The translations under genes were made by a program, and so were the position numbers. A stretch of 64,000 nt of DNA from Acidobacteriota bacterium. Its GTDB lineage: Bacteria; Acidobacteriota; UBA6911; RPQK01; JAJDTT01. This document shows positions 10,361 through 19,801 of the stretch, in pieces. Under the pieces are notes generated by a model, which ran no database searches, was not told the DNA's origin, and worked only from the letters and a program-made list of their open reading frames with translations. Where the stretch lies: the NCBI GenBank assembly GCA_965209055.1, contig OZ242374.1:384001-448000 (forward strand). Direction: 5' to 3'. Numbering within the stretch: the first letter of the stretch is position 1; every line of letters begins with the position of its first letter.

Positions 10361-12117
10361 AAGAGGTGGCGGGCCTTCCGTTCCGGGGCGCTTGTCCACG
10401 GCCCGCGGGCAGGCTGCTGGCCATCCTGCTTTGTGGAGCCCTTGCCGGGCCTTCTCTCGGGGCTCAAGACCCGTCGACGCCAACTCCCCTTTTCTCGGAA
10501 GTGGCCTCCCAGGTGGGGCTGGATTTCAAGCACTTCAATGGAGCCGGCGGAAACTTTTACATCCCTGAAATCGTGGGCTCGGGAGCCGCCCTGTTGGACT
10601 ACGACGGCGACGGCGACCTGGACGTCTACCTGGTGCAAGGTGCGATGCTGGAACCGGGCAAGACTCCCTCCGAGTCCTGGTTTCCTCCAGGTCCCGGGTG
10701 GAGGCCGGGGCACCGGTTGTATCGAAACGAGCTGATCCCCGGGGGAAGTCTCAAGTTCAGGGAGGTGACCGCCCAAGCCGGGGTCGACTCGGTCAGCTAC
10801 GGGATGGGAGTGGCGGTCGGAGATTACGACAACGATGGAGACCTTGACCTTTACCTGACCAACTACGGACCCAATCTCTTGTATCGCAACAACGGAGACG
10901 CGACCTTCACCCCAATGAAGGGAATGGGAGCCGAGGATTCCCGCTGGACCACCAGCGCCGCCTTTCTGGACTACGACCGCGACGGCGACCTCGACTTGTT
11001 CGTGACGAATTATGGAAATTTCACCGTCAAGGGAAACAATCCCTGCCACAACAAGATGGGCCTCCGGGATTATTGCGGTCCCAGTGGCTATCGGCCCATC
11101 CCGGATCGTCTCTTCCGGAACGAGAGGGGCCGGCAATTTGTTGACGTGACAGAGGATGCCGGGTTGGGGGCCGCCTTTGGAACCGGGTTGGGAGTCATTT
11201 GCGCCGATTTCAACGCTGACGGGTGGACGGATATCTACGTCGCCAATGACAGAACTCCCAATCAGCTCTGGCTCAATCGGGGTAACGGAAGCTTTGAAGA
11301 GGCGGGGTTGTTCTCAGGGACGGCGTTCAACGTCGACGGCCATGCCGAAGCCAGCATGGGGGTCACGGCCGCCGATTTCAACAACGACGGCAGCGAAGAC
11401 CTCTTCATGACCCATCTGACGGAAGAGACCCATACCCTCTATCTGAACGATGGCGCCGGCGGTTTTTCCGACCAGACCAGCCGTTTCGGATTGACCCGGG
11501 TTGAAAATTACACCGGTTTCGGCACCCAGTGGTTCGACTACGACAATGACGGGCACCTGGATCTGTTCATGGCCAACGGTGCGGTGCGAATGACGCGGCT
11601 GGCCGAACCGGCCGATTATGCCTACGATCAGATCAACCAACTGTTCCATAACGAGGGAGACGGGAACTATCGGGAAACGACCGCCGAGGCGGGAGCGGCG
11701 CTGCAACTGTCGGAAGTGAGCCGCGGCGCGGCCTTCGGCGACATGGACAACGACGGTGACGTGGACATTCTGGTCACCAACAACAACGGGCCGGTGCGGT
11801 TGCTGTTGAACGGGACCGGGTCGCGGCATCACTGGCTGCAGGTTCGACTGCAGGGGGTGCAAAGCAACCGCTACGGGGTCGGAGCGAGGGTGGGAGTGCA
11901 GCGCCAGGGTCAGAGGACGTTATGGCGCCGCGCACATACCGACGGCAGCTATCTGAACGCCAACGACCATCGGGTGCACTTCGGCTTGGGCCGGAACCAG
12001 GAGGTCGAGGCCGTCATCGTCCACTGGCCCGGCGGCGGCAGCGAGAGTTGGGAAGGGGTGGAAGCGGACCGGTTGGTCACCCTCCAGGAAGGCTCCGGAA
12101 GGCCGTGGAAGCCGTAG
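10357..12117 (+). CDS. CRTAC1-family FG-GAP repeat / ASPIC-UnbV domain protein
   Basis: Repeated DYDxDGDLDL motifs, SRGAAFGDMDNDGDVD, and C-terminal SNRYGVGARV...GSY...RVHFGLG...VHWPGG. Confidence 0.92.
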   Translation: MKEVAGLPFRGACPRPAGRLLAILLCGALAGPSLGAQDPSTPTPLFSEVASQVGLDFKHFNGAGGNFYIPEIVGSGAALLDYDGDGDLDVYLVQGAMLEPGKTPSESWFPPGPGWRPGHRLYRNELIPGGSLKFREVTAQAGVDSVSYGMGVAVGDYDNDGDLDLYLTNYGPNLLYRNNGDATFTPMKGMGAEDSRWTTSAAFLDYDRDGDLDLFVTNYGNFTVKGNNPCHNKMGLRDYCGPSGYRPIPDRLFRNERGRQFVDVTEDAGLGAAFGTGLGVICADFNADGWTDIYVANDRTPNQLWLNRGNGSFEEAGLFSGTAFNVDGHAEASMGVTAADFNNDGSEDLFMTHLTEETHTLYLNDGAGGFSDQTSRFGLTRVENYTGFGTQWFDYDNDGHLDLFMANGAVRMTRLAEPADYAYDQINQLFHNEGDGNYRETTAEAGAALQLSEVSRGAAFGDMDNDGDVDILVTNNNGPVRLLLNGTGSRHHWLQVRLQGVQSNRYGVGARVGVQRQGQRTLWRRAHTDGSYLNANDHRVHFGLGRNQEVEAVIVHWPGGGSESWEGVEADRLVTLQEGSGRPWKP

Positions 12118-12168
12118 ACAGCAAATCAGACGCTATCGCGATTTCTTGGGGCGCTTCACTGTGGATCG

Positions 12169-13854
12169 TCATCGGATCCCGGTTCCTTCACGGACGGAGA
12201 TGACTCGGCCTGCCTGGACGTCTTCAAACCTCTGCCGGCTGCCGCTGGGCCACTGGATCTCGATCCACTCGGCCCGCCTCTCCTTGCCGAGGCCGAAATG
12301 CACACGCAGTCCATTACTCGAGTAGTAACTGGAGGCGCTCCGCACCTCATCGGTTTGGATTCGTCCTCCGGCTGCCACTTGAATCCGCGCGCCAATGGCA
12401 CTGCGGTTGCTTCCTTCACCTTCCAGTTCCAGGATGAGCCAGTTGTTCTCTGAAGCGCTTTCGTTGACCAGCAAAGAAGGGGTGTCATTCAGGTTGACTG
12501 CGACGATATCCAGATCCCCGTCACCATCCAGATCCTCGAATGCGACGCCTCGCCCGGCCGATTTCGCGGCAATGGCGTCTCCGGCTTGATTGGAGGCGTT
12601 TCCAAAGCTGCCGTCACCTTGATTCCGGTAGACCAATCGCTGCTGCCGATAGGTGATTTCAGAAGGGTGGCGGTCCACTTCGGGATAAACGTGCCCGCTG
12701 GCGATAAACAGGTCTTTCCAACCGTCGTTGTCAAAATCGACCAATCCCGTGCCCCAACTCAAGTATTGGGTGTCTTTGCCCAGCTTGGCCAGATAAGTCG
12801 TGTCGGTGAATGTGGAGTTTCCGTCGTTGCGGTATAGGGTGGACGTGTCGTCGGAGAAATTGGTCACCAACAGATCCAGGTGTCCGTCCAGATCGTAATC
12901 CGCAGCCGCGACTCCCATGCCGGCCTGCTCTCTTCCGTTGTCGCTGAGGGCCACGCCCGAGATCATTCCCACATCCTCAAACGTGCCATCGCGGTTGTTC
13001 CGGTAAAGGATGTTGGGGGTGGTGTCGCAGGCGACATAAAGGTCCGTCCAGCCGTCCTCGTCAAAATCGAGCGTGATCGGCATGAGACAATAAAACCCTT
13101 CGGCACGGGTGATGCCGCTGGCCGCGGTGACGTCGCTGAAAGTGCCGTCTCCATTGTTGCGAAACATGATATTGGCCGATGGCTTGAGCCCCAGCGGACC
13201 ACACATGACGGCGATGCCCCTCCACATGCAGTTGGCGCCGGAGCCGGGCTCGTACCGGGTGGCGTCGGCATAGTCCACATAATTGGCTACGAAAAGGTCC
13301 AGGTCGGCGTCGCGGTCATAATCCAGGAAGGTGCAGCCGGCGTTCCAACGCCGCTGGCCGCCGATCCGAGAGCTCTGCGAGATGTCTTCGAAGCTTCCGT
13401 TTCCCCGATTGCGGTAGAGCACGATCTCCCCGTAGTAGGTCACGGCAAGATCGGTCCATCCATCGTTGTCGATATCTCCGACGCAGACCGCCTGTCCCCA
13501 GCCCGAGCGCTTGAGGCCGGAAGGCGCCGTCACGTCTGAAAAACGGCCGTTTCCGAGATTTCGGTACAACACGTTGGAGGGAGGATCGCCGGAGGCGCCG
13601 TCCAGTCTGGAGCCGTTGACCAGGAAGATGTCGATCCGTCCGTCCCGGTCGTAATCGAAGGTGGCGGCTCCCGTCCCGGTCGTTTCCAGAATGTAGCGTT
13701 GCGACGCCACGCCTCCATAGACGACCGGAATATTCAGCCCGGACTCCCGGCTTCGATCGACGAACTGGATTGGGGCCTGGGCTGGAAGGAGGGTGTTGCC
13801 GGCCACGAGTCCAAGGAGCAACGTCGCGACGATTCGAAGCGTAGTCGTCATCAT
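12169..13854 (-). CDS. CRTAC1-family FG-GAP repeat / ASPIC-UnbV domain protein
   Basis: ILETTGTG, DYDRDG repeats, CMWRGIAVMCGPLGL, and SNRSAIGARI...SSYYS..LRVHFGLG..IQWPSG. Confidence 0.92.
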   Translation of the reverse strand: MMTTTLRIVATLLLGLVAGNTLLPAQAPIQFVDRSRESGLNIPVVYGGVASQRYILETTGTGAATFDYDRDGRIDIFLVNGSRLDGASGDPPSNVLYRNLGNGRFSDVTAPSGLKRSGWGQAVCVGDIDNDGWTDLAVTYYGEIVLYRNRGNGSFEDISQSSRIGGQRRWNAGCTFLDYDRDADLDLFVANYVDYADATRYEPGSGANCMWRGIAVMCGPLGLKPSANIMFRNNGDGTFSDVTAASGITRAEGFYCLMPITLDFDEDGWTDLYVACDTTPNILYRNNRDGTFEDVGMISGVALSDNGREQAGMGVAAADYDLDGHLDLLVTNFSDDTSTLYRNDGNSTFTDTTYLAKLGKDTQYLSWGTGLVDFDNDGWKDLFIASGHVYPEVDRHPSEITYRQQRLVYRNQGDGSFGNASNQAGDAIAAKSAGRGVAFEDLDGDGDLDIVAVNLNDTPSLLVNESASENNWLILELEGEGSNRSAIGARIQVAAGGRIQTDEVRSASSYYSSNGLRVHFGLGKERRAEWIEIQWPSGSRQRFEDVQAGRVISVREGTGIR

Positions 13855-13881
13855 TCTGAACTCGTCGACGCTGCGGCTGGC

Positions 13882-14046
13882 CTATTCGATTCCCCTGAAG
13901 ATCTCTTCCGACTCGAATGTGGTGACCCCATTCTGGCGGGTGAATTGTGGGTGACGCTTCAGCCATCCCACGCTCTTCGTCGTCTTGCGACCGAAGTGGG
14001 GACAGGTCAGTGGTAGGTCGAATTCGTCGAATCGGGAATCTGGCAT
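13882..14046 (-). pseudogene. Degenerate small zinc-ribbon-like protein
   Basis: GGAGGAG RBS. MPDSRFDEFDLPLTCPHFGRKTTKSVGWLKRHPQFTRQNG resembles CPxCG.KT.K...WLK....F.C..G proteins with three Cys lost. It ends at TAG and the frame stays open beyond. Confidence 0.5.
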
Positions 14047-14150
14047 CGGCTCCTCCGCTCTTCTAGGCACTGCCGGTTGACGGAGACGAGAGTAGCATGT
14101 ATAGCATGAGCGGCATGTCAACGCTGTTGACACGCCACCTGGGAGGAAGG

Positions 14151-14321
14151 ATGAGGATGCAAGGCCCGCCCATGCCCCGCAAACGTCGTGCGATTGGTCA
14201 CGACCAGCCAGTCAGGGTTGATCCCTCTCCCGAGCACGCGGCCAAGATCCTCGTTGACGCGAAGCCAGAATCCCGTGACCAATGGCGCTACTTTCGGGAT
14301 CCAGGTCAGCCGGAGTCTTGA
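14151..14321 (+). CDS. Small hypothetical protein of the type seen beside IS1595 transposases
   Basis: GGAGG RBS. PRKRR...PEHAAKILVDAKPESRDQWRYF pattern. Confidence 0.45.
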   Translation: MRMQGPPMPRKRRAIGHDQPVRVDPSPEHAAKILVDAKPESRDQWRYFRDPGQPES

Positions 14322-14364
14322 TTCGAGTAGACTGGATCGGAGGACACTAGGAGGACCGACAAAG

Positions 14365-14775
14365 ATGAGGATTGCCCCGTCCGATCTTCCATTGCCCGTT
14401 CTCATCTATCCAAATGAGGAGGACGGTGGATGGACTGCGCTTTCCTTGGAGATGGATATTCGTGCATACGGAGACACTCCAGAGGAAGCGCTAGACGAAT
14501 TGAGTGATTTGGTTCATGTCCAAATCAGCTTCGCTGTTTTTAAGGACGACCCCTCATTAATCTGGAAACGTGCTGACCAAATCTGGTTTGATCGATTTGC
14601 CGAAGCGTTTGCCCGCCAGCAGTGGGAAAGACTTGTTATGAGTCAGGAGGTCGTTGCTGAGCCTGGTGAGGTCACTTTGTCTATGGTTCCTGGTTATACG
14701 GCGTCTGGAATGCCCATGCCAGCTCCGCACGTTATTGCGGAAATCAAGCGCCAATTCCAGGTTGCCCATGCCTAG
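14365..14775 (+). CDS. hicB: HicB-like antitoxin
   Basis: AGGAGG RBS. VLIYPNEEDGGWTALSLEMDIRAYGDTPEEALDEL matches the HicB N-terminal pattern. It overlaps hicA. Confidence 0.75.
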   Translation: MRIAPSDLPLPVLIYPNEEDGGWTALSLEMDIRAYGDTPEEALDELSDLVHVQISFAVFKDDPSLIWKRADQIWFDRFAEAFARQQWERLVMSQEVVAEPGEVTLSMVPGYTASGMPMPAPHVIAEIKRQFQVAHA

Positions 14776-15001
14776 TCCTCGGAAATATCGGGAAATCGTA
14801 AAGCGTCTAAGAAAATTCGATCCGAGATTTGAGTTTTGGGATGAAAGGGGCAAAGGCAGCCACCGCGTGATCTACCACCCAAATATCAATGGAGCATCGA
14901 GGTCCTATCCGGTCAAGTGTCATGGCATGAATACCGAAATTTCTGGCCCGGTAATCGCCGATATATCCAGGCGGTTCAATTTACCAAGGGGTGTTCTCTA
15001 G
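14768..15001 (+). CDS. hicA: HicA-family mRNA interferase toxin
   Basis: 77 aa, basic, with RGKGSHRVIYHP (GSH catalytic His motif) followed by PVKCHG. Confidence 0.82.
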   Translation: MPSPRKYREIVKRLRKFDPRFEFWDERGKGSHRVIYHPNINGASRSYPVKCHGMNTEISGPVIADISRRFNLPRGVL

Positions 15002-15135
15002 TCTGCCAGATCCTCTTACGGTAGCCGCTTCAAATCCTTCTAACGCACCACCGTTCCCCTCTGACCCAGCGTGTCCAGCTCTCCGACTTTTTGACGACCG
15101 GAAAACTCATTGACATAGCGTCGCAGGCGCGTGTC
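14998..15135 (-). pseudogene. IS1595-family transposase C-terminal remnant
   Basis: Translates DTRLRRYVNEFSGRQKVGELDTLGQRGTVVR*KDLKRLP*EDLAD*, matching the HL.RY..EF..R.N...KRL.Y.DL end of IS1595 transposases. It has two internal stops. Confidence 0.75.
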
Positions 15136-15137
15136 GC

Positions 15138-16823
15138 TCACGTCTTGATGTGCTGGGCTTGACTGGACGTCAAGACCTGCAGATTGCGCCAACGAGCCGT
15201 GACACCTTGTCCGAAGAGGGAGTGCCGGTATTGGGAATCGAGTCCCGGGACAACGCCTCCCCTCCCGTCGGGACGATCGTCCAGCAAGGTGAAGATGGCC
15301 ATGAGGACCCGGAACCGGGCGGGCAGAACGATGGGAGCCGAGGGCTCGTCGATAGTGGCGACCCATTGGACTTCGCGAACGATCCGGCCGTCCACCAGCC
15401 ATTGGGCGTGGTCGGGAGCCGCTTCCAACCAGCCGTCCTCTCCCGGCTGATAACGAATTTCGTAGCGGTGCCACGAACCGGGCTCAATCGTCAGATCGGT
15501 CAGCAGCGGATCGATCATGGGCAGAGTCGAGTCTTCGCCCGTGGGTGATTTCACCTGGAAATGTTCGCGCAACGCCATGATGCGGTGATTTGATACCCCG
15601 AAATTCAAAATCACTCCGGTGGTGTTGTCGATCAGGGCGATGGCCCCGTTTCCCAACCTGGGATCATCCGGATCCGCTCCGAAAGGATTGGCTTCGGTCC
15701 CGTTCACCTCAACGCAGAGGTCTACGGAAACGGAAAGGCCCTCGCCCGTGGGATAGCGCCGATCGCTCACGAACATGGCTTTCACGTGGTCGAGAGGATT
15801 GTCGAACCCAAGCGTAAAGGTGGGGATCTCGATCTTCAGCTCGGGCGTTTCCGAGGTCGGCAGGGTCACGGTGGCTGTCGGATCGAGCATCTGGTGGCCG
15901 TTCACTTGGGGAATGCTCCAGCCTCGGCCGATCAGAGGCGAGCCCGTCGACCAATCCGTAAAATCACGGCCTTCCCCTTCCATCATGTAGGGAGGCTGCG
16001 GGAGTGCCCGCCAGACATCGACCGTTTTGGGTTCGTTGGTCCAATTCAGGGGCCGGTAGGTTTCGTCATCCCAGATCTGGTCCACCTCCAAGGTCAGTTC
16101 GATCACGTTTCCGGCGGGGTCGGGGATGTAAATGAAGATGTTGTGCCCGGGACCGTGACGGCCGGGGCCGTAGATGATGGGAACGTCATTCTTCCAAAGA
16201 TGATCACAGAACTTTTTCAGTTCGCTCCAGTCGGCCAGGTCATAGGCATAGTGGTTCACCTTGGTCCGGCCGGTTTGGAGGAAGGCGACGCCGTGGTGCT
16301 GCTGGTTGCACCGCATCCAGATGGCTGAGTTGTCCACGGTGTCCGAAACGCGGAATCCGAGGACATCCGTATAAAAGGCGGCGCAACGCGGAAGGTCGGC
16401 GGTCATGAACGTGATGTGGCCGAACCCGACCGGCCGGACTTCACGCGGCTCCAACGGTTGATCCAGGGTTTGCATTCCTGCATAAAGCTCCACCCTGTTT
16501 CCGTCGGGATCGCGAAAACAAAGGCCGGATCCATGACCCGGTTCGGGGTAGTCCCGGGGCTCGGGCCGGAAACCTTGTGCCGCCAGCTCGTGCCCGGCTT
16601 GCTCCAAAGCCTGCTCATCCAACACTTCCAATCCGAGGTGATGCAGAGCCCGTTCGCCCGGGTAAATGGACAGGCAGTGGTGGTTGCGGTTACAGCGCAG
16701 GAACGCGGCGCCGTTGTCGCGGCCGCTCGTCTCGAGCCCGACGATTTTCTCGTAGAATTCGACGGTCTCCTCCACGTTGGGGACGCTGATGCCAACGTGA
16801 GTGAAGTTTCGCACCCGAATCAT
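15138..16823 (-). CDS. VOC-fold extradiol (catechol 2,3-type) dioxygenase fused to a DUF6081-like C-terminal domain
   Basis: GFGHITF, HHGVAF, NHYAY, GPGRHGPGHNIFIYIPDPAGNVIEL. The extra ~270 aa contain LDHVK, GTEANPFG.DPDDPRL, IFTLLD and LFGQG. Confidence 0.8.
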   Translation of the reverse strand: MIRVRNFTHVGISVPNVEETVEFYEKIVGLETSGRDNGAAFLRCNRNHHCLSIYPGERALHHLGLEVLDEQALEQAGHELAAQGFRPEPRDYPEPGHGSGLCFRDPDGNRVELYAGMQTLDQPLEPREVRPVGFGHITFMTADLPRCAAFYTDVLGFRVSDTVDNSAIWMRCNQQHHGVAFLQTGRTKVNHYAYDLADWSELKKFCDHLWKNDVPIIYGPGRHGPGHNIFIYIPDPAGNVIELTLEVDQIWDDETYRPLNWTNEPKTVDVWRALPQPPYMMEGEGRDFTDWSTGSPLIGRGWSIPQVNGHQMLDPTATVTLPTSETPELKIEIPTFTLGFDNPLDHVKAMFVSDRRYPTGEGLSVSVDLCVEVNGTEANPFGADPDDPRLGNGAIALIDNTTGVILNFGVSNHRIMALREHFQVKSPTGEDSTLPMIDPLLTDLTIEPGSWHRYEIRYQPGEDGWLEAAPDHAQWLVDGRIVREVQWVATIDEPSAPIVLPARFRVLMAIFTLLDDRPDGRGGVVPGLDSQYRHSLFGQGVTARWRNLQVLTSSQAQHIKT

Positions 16824-17713
16824 GACGCGTTCCTCACCTGCTCGATGACCGCTGCCAGATTCTGCTTCGATCTTCGTGTGCCTTCGGCAAGGTTTTCCAG
16901 CGTACTGGCTTCTTTTCGCTCGTACTCGATGGCCCAGATTCCGTCGAAGGAGTCCAAGAGCGTGCCGATGATGGGAGACCAGTCGATCTCACCCTCTCCG
17001 AAGGCCCGGTATTCAACGCCCCTGGGTTTGTCAGGCGCTTGGGCGACGTCTTTCCAGTGCGTGTAGACGACTCGATCCTGCACCGCCAACAACGCTTGGT
17101 AAGGATCTTCTCCCCCAAAGGCGTAGTTGGCGGGGTCAAAGGTCACTCCGATTTCCCGGTGAGGGACCATGTCCAGGAGCTTCTTGAGGCCGGCGCCGGT
17201 GGCCGAGGTGCCGCCATGGTTTTCGATTCCCACGCGGATTCCCTTGCCCTTCAAATAATCGCCCAATTTGTTGAAGGCAACGGCCAGCGTCTCGTAGAGC
17301 GCGTCGGTCACCCGGTCCGGTGTCAGGACGTAGTGCTTGGAGTGGGTGAAATCGTGTTCCGTGAAGACCCGAATCACTTGAGCGCCCAGGACCTCTGCAA
17401 TGTCGACCGCCTTCATGATCTCGGCGGAGCGATCCTCGGCGACCTCACCTGCGAGGCCGACCACGGCCCCGCTTCCGATGGCAGTCACTTGAACGCCGGC
17501 CGCCGTTGCCAGTTCCTTCACCCGGTCGAGTTCCCGGTCGGTGGCGTCCAGCGAAACCCGATTCTTGGCTTCGCCCTCCTCGAACCATCCGGCGTCGATT
17601 TCGACCGCCGGCGTGCCGATCCTGTGACAAGCCTCGAAAAATTCCGGAAAGCCGTACTCCCGGAAGCCGTAGGCTGCGTTCCCGAATCGAATCGGAGGTG
17701 TTGCATCTGTCAT
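16820..17713 (-). CDS. Sugar phosphate isomerase/epimerase (AP_endonuc_2 TIM barrel)
   Basis: Metal motifs IGIENHG, FDPAN, HWKD, GEGEIDW and AIEYE. Overlaps the dioxygenase start by 4 bp. Confidence 0.88.
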   Translation of the reverse strand: MTDATPPIRFGNAAYGFREYGFPEFFEACHRIGTPAVEIDAGWFEEGEAKNRVSLDATDRELDRVKELATAAGVQVTAIGSGAVVGLAGEVAEDRSAEIMKAVDIAEVLGAQVIRVFTEHDFTHSKHYVLTPDRVTDALYETLAVAFNKLGDYLKGKGIRVGIENHGGTSATGAGLKKLLDMVPHREIGVTFDPANYAFGGEDPYQALLAVQDRVVYTHWKDVAQAPDKPRGVEYRAFGEGEIDWSPIIGTLLDSFDGIWAIEYERKEASTLENLAEGTRRSKQNLAAVIEQVRNAS

Positions 17714-17821
17714 CGGCGAATCTCCTGGAAATGAGAATCTATTTCACTTGAGGATACAACAGTTTAGAGGCCACGCCAGCGCAGTCCTTCGTCAGCGCGG
17801 CGAACCGGCCAGATCCAGACT

Positions 17822-19801
17822 CTAAACCTGATGAACATAACGGGAAATCCTCTTCATCGGGGCTTTGTCACCTTTGTAGAACTCCCTCAAATAGAGCGGA
17901 TACCCTCTCCTGACGGGAATCTTGGCGCCATCGTCCGAGGCCATCAGTTTCCAGGCGAATTTGTCCGGCCGCGGCGAAATGTCAACCAAGGTATTTCCTT
18001 TGAATTGGCAGGTGTATTGAATCTCGTAGGTGGGCGCGGTGTGGTATTCCGTGGTCGCCACCATGGGAAACGTCAGGGTCACTTCATCACCAGGGCGCAA
18101 TCGATCCACCAGGACATTGTTGCCCGACCATGCCGGCGAGATGCTTTTCTGATTGACCTTGCACTGTACCGCTCTCGTGTCCGCCCAGGCGGGAATGCGC
18201 ACACTCAGCTTTGTTGCCGTCTTGATCTTGAATCCCACCTTGCCCTCGTAGGGCAGGTAGCTGTCGATATCGACCCAGGGCGACGCCCGGTTCAAGAGCA
18301 GGTTCACCTGGGCCAGCCCCTGATTGTATTGGACGATGGAATTCCAGGCTTCGTAAAGCCCCACCGGGGCGTTGGCATTGCAGCACATCGTCCACCAGGC
18401 ATGCAGCATGGTGGGATCGGAGACGGAAGCAAACCCGCCCAGTCCTCTCTCGATGACTTGCTCGTCCGACTCAATTTCACGGTTGAGGGGATGCTCGACG
18501 GCGGTCTCAATGATTTTTTCGATCAGGTCGCGACGCAACATCTGACTCTCGATCAGGTGATTTCGCACGTATTGGTCGACATCGTCCCAGTAATCGCCGA
18601 TCCCGGCCTGGCTGAGCCGGCAGGCGATATAGACCATGTCTCCGATCGAGCAGGTCTCGCACACTTGAGCCGACCCCCCGTAGGCCCGCCGGTTGGCCTG
18701 TTGGATCTTCTCCAGGGGGCCTAGAACCGCGGGGAAAAACCCGATGCGGCCGATCCCGGTATTCCGGGTGTATTCATAGAAATGGCGTACGAATTGCTTG
18801 GCCGCGTAATCGTTGGCAATGATGGCGTAGTCCACCATTCCCATCACACCGGTGGTCCGAGTGTGGAAGTGGCCTTCCCAGTGGGCGTGCTCCGGCCCCG
18901 CAATCATGGTCGGTCCGTCGGAAGATCCCCACATGGTGGGCTTGAGCATGAAGCGCGCCGTTTTCCGGGCCAGCTCGAGCGCCTCCTCGTCTCCGCTCCG
19001 ATCGGCCCAGAGGGAAAGCGCGCGCAGCGGATTGCCGATGACCTGAAAATTGATCTTGTCCGGCTCCTCGACCGCCGGACCGGAGCCGCCTTTCCCGGTC
19101 GGCTTTTTCCCTTCACCCATGGCAGCCAGGTCTTCGAATTCCTCCGCCATCGCCGCTCGAACCAGGAAGGTCGGCTTGTTGTTGGTGAACCAGGCGCGTT
19201 GGCCGTTCTGCCGCGCCACCTTCTTCAGCCCCCCGGCCAAATGCTTCACGGCCTTGAGCCACTTCGGGTCGTTGTCAAACTCGTGCCACGCCATCAAGGC
19301 GACCATGAGCCGGGCGTGGGGGAAGGGCCAGTAAACATCTTCTCCGTAATTGGGGAAACCCTCCCGCGAGGGCCTTCCGGCGTAACGGAGCCACCAGAGG
19401 CCGTTCTCGTCGATATCCGTCAGCAAGGCATCGACCATCCGGCTGTCATAATCGGCGTGGAGCGTACTGCCGCTCATCTTGCGCATCAGCGGCAGGACAT
19501 GGATCGCCTTGGGCAGACACGGACCTCCGGTGTTGTGGGTGAAATGAGGCGGGTTGGTGTCAAAGTGCAGACACTGGAAGGTCTCGCAGTTCTGCTGGAG
19601 GTCGACGGCTCCGGTCAAGGAGTTGACCGAGAGCCTGGCCCGGTCGGCCAGGTCCAGCGTGTCGGGCACTTCGGCCTCATAGGTGGAGGCTGTTGGCGGC
19701 GCGCTTTCCTTCGCTCCCCTGGAACAGCTCACCAATGCGCCGGCGCCGGCGGCAGTGGCCGCACCCAGTTTGACAAAGTCCCGCCGGTCGAGTTCAGCCA
19801 T
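17822..19801 (-). CDS. Tat-exported lipoprotein, GH127/GH146-like cysteine glycosidase fold
   Basis: DRRDFVK twin-arginine signal and LVSC lipobox. CETC and CCNAN match the ExC...CC Zn site, with SYLPYEG and LSVRIPAW in the C-terminal part. Confidence 0.65.
   Translation of the reverse strand: MAELDRRDFVKLGAATAAGAGALVSCSRGAKESAPPTASTYEAEVPDTLDLADRARLSVNSLTGAVDLQQNCETFQCLHFDTNPPHFTHNTGGPCLPKAIHVLPLMRKMSGSTLHADYDSRMVDALLTDIDENGLWWLRYAGRPSREGFPNYGEDVYWPFPHARLMVALMAWHEFDNDPKWLKAVKHLAGGLKKVARQNGQRAWFTNNKPTFLVRAAMAEEFEDLAAMGEGKKPTGKGGSGPAVEEPDKINFQVIGNPLRALSLWADRSGDEEALELARKTARFMLKPTMWGSSDGPTMIAGPEHAHWEGHFHTRTTGVMGMVDYAIIANDYAAKQFVRHFYEYTRNTGIGRIGFFPAVLGPLEKIQQANRRAYGGSAQVCETCSIGDMVYIACRLSQAGIGDYWDDVDQYVRNHLIESQMLRRDLIEKIIETAVEHPLNREIESDEQVIERGLGGFASVSDPTMLHAWWTMCCNANAPVGLYEAWNSIVQYNQGLAQVNLLLNRASPWVDIDSYLPYEGKVGFKIKTATKLSVRIPAWADTRAVQCKVNQKSISPAWSGNNVLVDRLRPGDEVTLTFPMVATTEYHTAPTYEIQYTCQFKGNTLVDISPRPDKFAWKLMASDDGAKIPVRRGYPLYLREFYKGDKAPMKRISRYVHQV

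Larger units (their letters stand above)
13855..15135. mobile_element. Decayed IS1595-family element with passenger genes
   Basis: Transposase C-terminal relic at the right end, visibly lower-GC hicBA cargo and two small ORFs. Terminal repeats were not found, so boundaries are approximate. Confidence 0.6.
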
